Assembly: GCA_022825235.1 (NCBI GenBank)
Contig: JAJDYI010000016.1
Coordinates: 3,365 to 67,364 of the forward strand
DNA: 64,000 bases
Direction: 5' to 3'
Source: Alphaproteobacteria bacterium
GTDB lineage: Bacteria; Pseudomonadota; Alphaproteobacteria; TMED109
This document shows positions 28,423-36,316 of the stretch, piece after piece (the first letter of the stretch is position 1; each line of letters starts with the position of its first letter). The notes below the pieces were generated by a model that saw only the letters and a program-made list of their open reading frames with translations, was not told the origin of the DNA and ran no database searches. The position numbers and the translations under genes are program-made.

Positions 28423-29034
28423 AGCAATTCCCTGATTGAAACGCGCCAGAAATAAATTCGGCCAATAACTATCAAATCGTGAGCGTTAAACGATTATCAT
28501 CCAGTTTCTTGAGCTGGATCTAGTCGGGATCCTGGCGTTGACGAAACGGGCGCATGCGATGCAGTCGTGTTCAAGGTATCAGCGGCGGGTACGAGCTGGT
28601 CTCACCGGCGGTTCGGTTTTGTCAAGCCGCGGCGCATTGCCGTCGCGCGACGTGGGACGCGAGCCAGGGCTAACGACACGCCGGCCCGGTGCTGACGTAG
28701 TGCAAGCCCGATACCGGGCTGTCTGGGTCGACGTAAGAGACGATCCGACGTCCGCCGAAGAGAACCTGGCGTCGGCATTCCGATACTCGAGAGCGCAGTT
28801 GACGACCAAGACCGATGCACCGGGCAGCCAAGTGCTAGTGCACATCGCCATTCGGAGCGCTCACCATGCTCCATGACGGTTGGCAACGCTGCGCGCTCCG
28901 CACCACCTGCCGCCAGTGCGAGGATGGCGTCATCCAGCCCGATGGACCGGACACGGCTTGACGACGTTACGCGCCTACGTGCGTCCGACACGGAGGACCG
29001 TCCGCACCACCATGAACGAACTGGGGAAACCACG

Positions 29035-31512
29035 ATGAACAAAGCCCTCGCAGCGCTCGCCGCAACCGCCATGCTCGCAGCGGGGCACGTCCACGCCGAC
29101 GCGCTGGCGCCAGCCCCGCAAATCGTCGCCGAGTACGACCGCGGCTTCATCGAGCGCTCCGGTGCCCAGACGTTTGGCGAGATGCTCGACACGGGCATCA
29201 TCCGCTACTTCTTCACCGGGGGGCGCGACCTGCTCATCCTGGTCAACGGGCGGCCCTACGCCACGACTGCGGCCAATCTGGACACCCTCCCGCTCTCCGC
29301 GGTCGAACGCATCGAGGTGCTGCGGGCGGAGAGCCTAGGGATCCACGGCGGCCACGCCGCGGTACGTGGCGCATTCAACCTCGTGCTGCGGAAAGATCTG
29401 GATGGCTTCGACGTGCGGACCGTCGCCCGGATGCCGAGCCGCGACGGCGGCGATGCGCGCCAGGGCAGCGTCGTATGGGGCGGCGCGGTCGGCGCCGGCG
29501 GATACTTGACCATCGGTGTCGACATCCTCGACCGTCAGGAGATTGTCGGCAGCACCCGCGAGCACAGCCGCTCGGAGTGGACGGAAGGCGGAAGCTTCGC
29601 CGACGCAAAAAACGTGAGCATCGGCGGCAACACCGTCTACATCTTCGACACAAGCACGAAGGACCTGAGAGCCGTCCCGCTCGGCGAGTGTGACCCGAAC
29701 CTGGGCTACACCGGCCCGCTCAGCAACCCGCCGGGGATCGATTCAGGCGACAAGGGCTGCGGGTTCGCCTACGGCGACTTCTGGTGGGACAGCCCGAGCT
29801 ACGACCAGAGGAACGCGATCCTGAACCTCAGCCACCCGATTGGAGAGCGCGCCGAACTCCACGTGGACGCCAACGTCACGCACGGACGCGCCGCGTTCCG
29901 TTATGCCCCATCGATCAGTGTTTTCTCCGTCACCCCAGGCGAGAAGCTGCTCGACGCGATCAATGAGGCGGCACGCGAGGCTGACCCGGCGTTCGAGGCG
30001 ACCAGCGAGAACATCTTCTCGGTCGGGCACCGTTTCATCGGCCATGGCAACCGAGACTGGAACTGGAGCACCGAAGAGTACGACGCCTCGGCAAGCATCC
30101 GGGGCCGGATCACTGAACGCCTCGGCTACGACGCCCGCGTCGAAGCCTATCGATTCGACGGCTCGGTGTCGGGCGATACCTTCGTGGACGCCGAAACCAT
30201 CAGGCACGAGATCGCGACCGGAAGGTACGACCTCGCGGATCCGCTTTCGATGGATCAGGACCATCAGGCAGCGATCGAGAGGAGCAGCCTGCGCGAGGAG
30301 GAGGATCTAGGCTCGAGGTATCTGGGCGCGCGTCTCGCGCTCGAGGGCGCGGGGCCCGGCATCGGCGGGCGCACCATGGCATGGATTGCGGGGATCGAAC
30401 TCGGCAGCGCGGAGGCCCACCGACAGCTGGCGTTCCGGGCCGGCGACGGCCGGACGCGCGACGTCGACGGGGTGCTTGGCTCGGGCGGCACCAGCTACGC
30501 CGGCGAGCGCGATGCGGCGGGAGCCTTCGCCGAGGTTTCCCTGCCCCTCGCCGACACCGTGGACGTGAGGGCCGCAGCACGGGCCGACGAGTTTGATGAC
30601 GTCGGCGGGCTACGCGCGTGGCGCCTCGGGGCCGAGTACCGGCCCAACGACATCGTCACCCTGCGCGGCTCCTGGAGCGCGGGCGACGGCCCGCCGTCCA
30701 TGCACCACCTCCACAGCACCGCGGCGCAGGACCACCCCTATGTCCGTTGCGTCCCGGAGAGCGGGCCGCCGCCGCGCACGTGCGACGCGGCGAACTACCG
30801 GCAGGTGACGCGGCGCACGAGCGGCAACCCCGAACTCAATCCGTCGGGATCGGAGAGGCACTCCATCGGCGCCGAGGCCCGCAAGGGGCCGTTCTACCTC
30901 GTCGTCGACTGGTACCGGCTCACGACCTCGGATCTGCCGGGGCTGCACGATCCCACCTGGGCGATGCTGAACCACCCCGAGTGCCCGCCGGGCGGCGGCA
31001 GCAGCTGCATCGAGCGCGCGGCCGGAGACATCACCATCCACGAGAGTTTCGCGAACATCGTCGAGAACGAGATCTCCGGGGTCAACACCCGGTTCGGGGC
31101 GCGCATGGAGACTGGTTGGGGTTTCGTCGCAATGCGCGGGTTCTGGCGCTACGTCACCAGCAGCGATGAGCGCATCGCCGGCGACGAGCAGCCGTACCCG
31201 CTCCCGCGCAACGCCGTGCGCATCGTGACCTCGGCCGGGCGCGGCGACCTCACTGCGTTCTGGGCCCTGAACTACCGCGACGCGATCGAGAACCGGTGGG
31301 ACGACGGACAGTTCAGTTCCTGGACCGGCCACGACTTGACACTTGACTGGAGAGGGCCATTGGGGCTCGAAAACATGCGGGTCACCGCGGGCGTGTACAA
31401 CGTTACGGACGCGAAGCTCTCCACGAATACCGCGGATCCCTCCGCAACCGACGGACCGCGCGCGGCCGGCTGGGGACGCACCTTCTTCGCAACCCTCAAC
31501 ATGCAGTTCTGA
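29035..31512 (+). CDS. TonB-dependent outer-membrane receptor
   Basis: From the ATG at 29035: signal peptide MNKALAALAATAMLAAGHVHA, a plug-like segment (LILVNGRPY...LPLSAVERIEVLRAESLGIHGGHAAVRGAFNLVLRKD), a long barrel and a terminal ...FFATLNMQF. I did not recognise a TonB box. Confidence 0.75.
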   Translation: MNKALAALAATAMLAAGHVHADALAPAPQIVAEYDRGFIERSGAQTFGEMLDTGIIRYFFTGGRDLLILVNGRPYATTAANLDTLPLSAVERIEVLRAESLGIHGGHAAVRGAFNLVLRKDLDGFDVRTVARMPSRDGGDARQGSVVWGGAVGAGGYLTIGVDILDRQEIVGSTREHSRSEWTEGGSFADAKNVSIGGNTVYIFDTSTKDLRAVPLGECDPNLGYTGPLSNPPGIDSGDKGCGFAYGDFWWDSPSYDQRNAILNLSHPIGERAELHVDANVTHGRAAFRYAPSISVFSVTPGEKLLDAINEAAREADPAFEATSENIFSVGHRFIGHGNRDWNWSTEEYDASASIRGRITERLGYDARVEAYRFDGSVSGDTFVDAETIRHEIATGRYDLADPLSMDQDHQAAIERSSLREEEDLGSRYLGARLALEGAGPGIGGRTMAWIAGIELGSAEAHRQLAFRAGDGRTRDVDGVLGSGGTSYAGERDAAGAFAEVSLPLADTVDVRAAARADEFDDVGGLRAWRLGAEYRPNDIVTLRGSWSAGDGPPSMHHLHSTAAQDHPYVRCVPESGPPPRTCDAANYRQVTRRTSGNPELNPSGSERHSIGAEARKGPFYLVVDWYRLTTSDLPGLHDPTWAMLNHPECPPGGGSSCIERAAGDITIHESFANIVENEISGVNTRFGARMETGWGFVAMRGFWRYVTSSDERIAGDEQPYPLPRNAVRIVTSAGRGDLTAFWALNYRDAIENRWDDGQFSSWTGHDLTLDWRGPLGLENMRVTAGVYNVTDAKLSTNTADPSATDGPRAAGWGRTFFATLNMQF

Positions 31513-31951
31513 GGTACCAACCGAAGGGGGAAAGCGCGGCGTGCTTCGGCCGGGGAGACCTCGGTGTTCACGCCGCCGCCGCGTGAAGCCCTGACGCGTC
31601 GCGGCTGGAGACGGGCACGATGAACGGGGCGGGCCCCGCCTCCGGTTCGTCAATCGCTGCCCCGGCGCTATCGACCGGCAGCCTCTCCAGCCCGTCACAC
31701 CAACGGCCAGAAACGCGGCCACTTCGACGCGCAGCGCACTCCCGATGCAAGCGTCCGCCGCACGCTCGTCGTTGGCAGCGTCCCGCCACGTTTCCATCTC
31801 GGTCCATGCCCCGCGTACGACGGGGGGCATGTAATCAACAGCGCTCACGCCCAAGCTTCCCGCCCGGCGGACACCGATCTCCCCGGCAGCGTTTCGAGTA
31901 AGATTCTGCCGTCCGGATTGCCCCGGTGGCGACCGCGCGAGAGCCTCTGCC

Positions 31952-33334
31952 ATGAAGTACGCCGAGACCGTCCTCGATCTCATCGGAGACACCCCGCTGG
32001 TCAAGCTGAACCGCATGACCGATGCCCGCATGGCGACCGTGCTCGTGAAGCTCGAGAACTACAATCCCGCGGGCTCCGTCAAGGACCGGATGGCCTGGAA
32101 CATGGTCCGGAGAGCAGAGGAAGCGGGGATCCTCAGCCCCGGCGCCACGCTCGTCGAGAGCACGTCGGGCAACACCGGGCTCGGACTGGCCATGACCGCG
32201 GCGGTGCGCGGATACCGCTGCGTCTGCACCATGCCGGACAAGATGAGCAAGGAAAAGGTCGACATGCTCAAGGCATACGGCGCGGAGGTCGTCATCACCC
32301 GCACCGACCTGCCCCACGATCATCCGGAGAGCTACGTGGAGGTCGCGAAGCGCATCGCGGCCGACACCCCCGGCGGCTTCTATACCGACCAGTACTTCAA
32401 CATGCACAATCCCGAGGCCCACTACCTGACCACCGGCCCCGAAATCTGGGAGCAGACAGACGGACAACTCGACGCCCTGGTGGGAGGGATCGGCACCGGG
32501 GGCACGGTCTCGGGAGCGGCGAAGTACCTCAAGGAGCAGGCGGCCGAGGGCGGCCGGACCATATTCGTCTCGTGCCCGGACCCTGTCGGCAGCATGTACT
32601 ACGACGCCTTCAACCAGCGCGAGATCCGCGAGCCCGGCATCTATCGGGTCGAAGGCATCGGCCACGACTTCATGGTGGGGACGCTGGACTTCTCGGTCAT
32701 CGACGAGGTGATGGAAGTCTCGGACCGGGACTCGTTCCTCGCTGCCCGGGAACTCGCCCGCCGAGAGGGCATCTTCTCCGGCGGCTCCGCCGGCACCGCG
32801 CTCCACGGCGCGCTCGACGTCGCCCGCCGCCTCGGCCCCGGCAAGGTCGTCGTCGTGATCATCCCCGATTCGGGCGACCGCTATCTCAGCAAGTGCTATG
32901 ACGACGAGTGGATGCGGGACATGGGCTTTCTCGGCCCCGAACAGCGCCTTGGCACTGTGCGCGAGTTGCTGGAGTTCAAGCCCAGCCAGGTCGAGTTCGC
33001 CCGCGGGGACGAGACCGTGGCTTCGGTCGCCAAGCGCATGGCGGACCTCGGCATCTCCCAGATGCCCATCGATCCGGGCGGGAGGGCGGAGCCCCTGTTG
33101 ATCATCCACGAGGTCGACCTGCTGCAGAGCATCATCAGGGGCGAGTGCACGGCCGACGGCGAGGTCATGCGGGCGGCGAAACCGATGCACGGCATCGTGC
33201 GGCTGGATGACTCGCTGGCGAAGGTGCAGGCGGTCTTCGACGACGAGAATGTCGCGATGGTGGTCGAGGACTGCCACGTCGTCGGTGTGATCTCCAAGAT
33301 CGACATGGTCGAATTTCTCGCCGCCCGCAGTTGA
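31952..33334 (+). CDS. Cystathionine beta-synthase (PLP fold-II domain + CBS pair)
   Basis: 460 aa: LIGDTPLVKLN, NPAGSVKDR (PLP lysine) and ESTSGNTGLGLA, followed by a C-terminal tandem CBS region (VASVAKRMADLGISQMPI ... VVGVISKIDMVEFL). Confidence 0.85.
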   Translation: MKYAETVLDLIGDTPLVKLNRMTDARMATVLVKLENYNPAGSVKDRMAWNMVRRAEEAGILSPGATLVESTSGNTGLGLAMTAAVRGYRCVCTMPDKMSKEKVDMLKAYGAEVVITRTDLPHDHPESYVEVAKRIAADTPGGFYTDQYFNMHNPEAHYLTTGPEIWEQTDGQLDALVGGIGTGGTVSGAAKYLKEQAAEGGRTIFVSCPDPVGSMYYDAFNQREIREPGIYRVEGIGHDFMVGTLDFSVIDEVMEVSDRDSFLAARELARREGIFSGGSAGTALHGALDVARRLGPGKVVVVIIPDSGDRYLSKCYDDEWMRDMGFLGPEQRLGTVRELLEFKPSQVEFARGDETVASVAKRMADLGISQMPIDPGGRAEPLLIIHEVDLLQSIIRGECTADGEVMRAAKPMHGIVRLDDSLAKVQAVFDDENVAMVVEDCHVVGVISKIDMVEFLAARS

Positions 33335-33886
33335 GGTTGCCCGGAGCCCCGGAGTTGGGGCAGGTCCCGCTGCAGCGGAGGATGGTGCACCGGGACACAG
33401 TCACCGCTTCCATGCCGCCCGTCATTTGCGGCCCGTCCCCCTGTTCTGCCCACCTGCCGTGTCCGGACGCTCGATCTCCAGGCACCAGGCATCCACCCCC
33501 GTCGCGCCACCTCCGCCATGAACGACGTGGAGTGCATCGCGCCCGCCGGCCATTCGCTGAGCGCACCTTCCCAGCGCCGTTCCGGGCCACGATCGCCAGG
33601 TTCGCGCACGAGAGCAGGGGCAGCGTGGCATCACCCAACAGCGTCGATCCGCCAGCCGTGTGTCGGCCCGGCCCATGGAGATCAATCGCAGTTAAACCGT
33701 TGATCTTGCGGCACAGTCGGGTCACACAGGTCGCTGCTGGCGCCAACTGCTACATTGTTGCATTATCGCATCGGCCATGGCTGGCCAGTCGTATGTTGAA
33801 TGGACTTGCGACCGCGTCGCGTCGAAACAAGGGTTAGTCCAACTCTCGATATCGCCCGAGCGTGCCGCTGAAATACCGAACCCACG

Positions 33887-34939
33887 ATGCAGAGATTTAT
33901 CCCTGAAACTGCCCGTGCCAAGTTCCCTGCAGTCGTGGTTTGCGGGGTCAATGCCCGCGCAAGGACCGAAGTTATCGAGCACTTGCTTGGAAAGGGCGGT
34001 GCCCGCTGGGCGGTGATCAGCAACGAAGTCGATGGTCCGGCGTTTCCCGCCGCTTCGATCGAACGCATTGGCGGGCAGATGGTGCCGCATGCCATCGGGT
34101 GTCTGTGCTGTGTCACGCGCTCGGGGCTGGTCAGCAGCCTGCGCCAGCTCTTCGCCCAACGTACGCAGGGTGAAATCGAATTCGACCATGTGCTGATCGA
34201 AACCCTGGCCGACGCAGATCCGGCGCCGATCATGCAGACCCTGCTGAACAATGCCCTGGTCACCGAGTACTTTCGCCTTGACAGTGTCGTTACGGTCATG
34301 CCCGGCGGCGAAAGTTTGAACGCGCTGGCGCAATCGCAGCACGGCTTCAAACAGCTCGCCGTAGCGGACCGCGTCGTGCTGGATGCCGCATCGCTTGCCG
34401 TGCCGGAAATCCGTGCACAGGTGCAGTGCTTGAATCCGGTTGCCGATCTAGTGCCGTCCGATCGGCCTCTCCTGGCAGAAGCACTGATCGGGGCGGGCCT
34501 GGAAACACGATTGCTGGACGGTGACTTGGGCGGTTGGCTGGCATCGCCGCACTACGCCAGCAGTGATCTGCTCGAGAACGGACTGCATGGGTTCGCAATC
34601 GAGGTTCCGCGAGCGCTTGAATGGGACGCGCTGCACGGCTGGCTCAACGCGGGCACGGACACGAACGGCGATGTCATGTACCGGACGAAGGGCGCGGTCA
34701 AGATCAAGGGCGTCGATGGACCGGTAGTCATCAACGGCGTCCAGCATGTCTACCAGCCTCCGCAACGGCTGCCTGAGGTCGAGGTCGATCACTCCCGGCT
34801 GCTGTTTATCACCTCCAATCTCGACCGCGCCGCAATTGAGGACAGCCTGCGCGTCGATTTGCCCCACTTTCAGCGCCTGAGCGAAGAACGGGCGGCCCGG
34901 CAAGCCCGCGCGGTCATGGATCCATCGCTACCGGTCTAG
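33887..34939 (+). CDS. COG0523 (CobW/ZigA/YjiA) family paralog with degenerate GTPase motifs (predicted pseudo-GTPase)
   Basis: 350 aa, colinear with the canonical COG0523 at 37638-38981. [11 protein letters not shown] becomes [17 protein letters not shown] becomes [14 protein letters not shown] becomes ETLADADP, and NKID becomes LDAA. The CxCC motif is retained (GCLCCV), as is the CobW_C-like C-terminus (YRTKGAVKIKG...SRLLFITSNLD). Confidence 0.75.
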   Translation: MQRFIPETARAKFPAVVVCGVNARARTEVIEHLLGKGGARWAVISNEVDGPAFPAASIERIGGQMVPHAIGCLCCVTRSGLVSSLRQLFAQRTQGEIEFDHVLIETLADADPAPIMQTLLNNALVTEYFRLDSVVTVMPGGESLNALAQSQHGFKQLAVADRVVLDAASLAVPEIRAQVQCLNPVADLVPSDRPLLAEALIGAGLETRLLDGDLGGWLASPHYASSDLLENGLHGFAIEVPRALEWDALHGWLNAGTDTNGDVMYRTKGAVKIKGVDGPVVINGVQHVYQPPQRLPEVEVDHSRLLFITSNLDRAAIEDSLRVDLPHFQRLSEERAARQARAVMDPSLPV

Positions 34940-35064
34940 TCGAAAACGATCTTCATTATTGCCGCATGCAGCCGCCACGAAGGCGGCCGATCCTTCATCG
35001 TGTTTCGTTGCGAAATGATCGCTTTCCGCCCTGATTGCCCGCGATCAATTTCGGCGGCACGGCA

Positions 35065-35102
35065 TTGACAATCCTCAAGAATGAAATGTTATAATGAAAC
35101 AT
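35065..35102 (+). promoter_or_regulatory. Consensus sigma70-type promoter overlapped by a candidate Zur box
   Basis: TTGACA lies at 35065-35070 and TATAAT at 35090-35095, with a 19-nt spacer. The inverted repeat ATGTT-N7-AACAT (ATGTTATAATGAAACAT, 35086-35102) covers the -10 element. This is an AT-rich island in GC-rich DNA, 40 nt upstream of the cyclase ATG. Confidence 0.5.
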
Positions 35103-35142
35103 CCCACGGCATTGCAGCTGACCACGTTCTGGAGGATCTACG

Positions 35143-36309
35143 ATGACCGACGAAATCCGTGCAGACAAATCCGTTGACCAACAAGCGGTCACGGAGGAGT
35201 CTCAGGACGGCGAAGGAATGACGTCACAGTCACGCCGCACATTTATCAAGACGGCCACGGTCGCCACCGGCGCAGCAGCGGTCGGAGCCATCGGTGGTGG
35301 GGTGATGCACGAGCTGGATCTCGTCAGACCCGCGCACGCTGCCGAAGGCGGTATCGAGGGCACGCCTATCGCCGGGAAATGGTGGCCGTCTCGCTGGGGC
35401 GAGGGCGACCAAACCGGCTCGACCAACCACATGACGCCGGAAGTAGCGCTGGACGCGGCAAGCCTGATCAAGAAGGGCAAGGTGTACAGCCTGGGCCGGG
35501 TCTACGAATACGGCATGCCGTTGTTCGGTCAGCGGGTGTTCGCCCTGCGGATTCCGGGTGCTCCAACTGGGGGCGCGTTCGGCAAGAACCAGATCATCTG
35601 GCATGACGAGATCCTGACCACCGAAATCGGTCAGGTCGGCACGCAGTTCGATGGGCTCGCCCACATCGGCGCCCGAGTCGGCGAGGCGGGTGATCTGGAC
35701 CAAGAGGTGTTCTACAACGGTTTCACCACGAAGGACTTGCACAACAACGACGCCGACATGGGGTCCACTGCCGGCGCCTACGGGCTGCAAGCGCTCGGTA
35801 TGGAGCACGTCAAGCCGTTCTTCTGCCGCGGGATATTGTTCGACGTCATGAGCCTGAAGGGCCGCATGCTGGACAAGGGTGAGGAGATCACCGTCGCCGA
35901 CCTGCAGGCCTGCCTGGAACGTCAGGGCATGAGCGAAGCCGACATCACTGAAGGTAGCGCGTGCATGTGGCGCACGGGTTGGGGCGAAGAGCTTTGGATG
36001 AAGGACAACGCCCGATTCAATTCCGGCGAGCCCGGAATTGGCGTGGGTGCGGCGGAGTGGCTCGCAGCCAAGGGGATTTCCGTGGGTGCAGCCGACGTCT
36101 GGGCGATCGAGTGCGTGCCCAATCCGGATCCAAACCTGGCATTCCCCGTGCACCAGATCTTCCTGCCGAAGAACGGTATCCACATCCTGGAGAACGTACG
36201 GCTCGACCATCTGGCGAATGACGACGTCTACAAGTTCGCCTTCATTTTCTCGACGCTGCCAATCAAGGGTGCCACGGGATCACCGGGCAACCCGATTGCG
36301 GTCGTCTAG
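35143..36309 (+). CDS. Cyclase-family (kynurenine formamidase-like, PF04199-type) protein with twin-arginine signal
   Basis: 388 aa with GGAGG 7 nt upstream of the ATG. It has the Tat motif SRRTFIKTATVATGAAAVGA, then GDQTGSTNHMTPEVALDAASLIKKGKVYSLG, QVGTQFDGLAH where the family has HxGTHxDxPxH, and C-terminal FPVHQIFLPKNGIHILENVRLDHL...PIKGATGSPGNPIAVV. Confidence 0.75.
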   Translation: MTDEIRADKSVDQQAVTEESQDGEGMTSQSRRTFIKTATVATGAAAVGAIGGGVMHELDLVRPAHAAEGGIEGTPIAGKWWPSRWGEGDQTGSTNHMTPEVALDAASLIKKGKVYSLGRVYEYGMPLFGQRVFALRIPGAPTGGAFGKNQIIWHDEILTTEIGQVGTQFDGLAHIGARVGEAGDLDQEVFYNGFTTKDLHNNDADMGSTAGAYGLQALGMEHVKPFFCRGILFDVMSLKGRMLDKGEEITVADLQACLERQGMSEADITEGSACMWRTGWGEELWMKDNARFNSGEPGIGVGAAEWLAAKGISVGAADVWAIECVPNPDPNLAFPVHQIFLPKNGIHILENVRLDHLANDDVYKFAFIFSTLPIKGATGSPGNPIAVV

Positions 36310-36316
36310 CAAGACC

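Noticed and set aside
28541-29034. Possible cobalamin riboswitch in the long leader of the TonB-dependent receptor.
   Set aside because: Only a weak B12-box-like string (gaagagaacctggcg, about 28757-28771) is present. I could not find the conserved core elements (the AGGGAA / GGTG..AA..CC segment or GCCACTG). It needs an Infernal scan and is not claimed.
31513-31951. SAM-type riboswitch or small gene upstream of cystathionine beta-synthase.
   Set aside because: I could not identify SAM-II/SAM-V-like conserved segments or a convincing ORF. The region is GC-rich without evident structure that I can verify by eye.
33752-33771. Weak AT-richer string acattgttgcattatcgcat upstream of the degenerate COG0523 gene, as a fifth Zur box. 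The rest of the 550-bp gap 33335-33886 was also considered as a decayed gene.
   Set aside because: The symmetry and the match to the other boxes are poor. Translations of the gap in all frames gave only low-complexity Arg/Pro/Ser sequence.
26399-33886. Genomic island integrated at tRNA-Ser.
   Set aside because: No integrase, transposase or phage gene is present, and by eye I found no downstream direct repeat of the tRNA 3' end. Coding GC looks the same as elsewhere. It cannot be excluded without comparative genomes.
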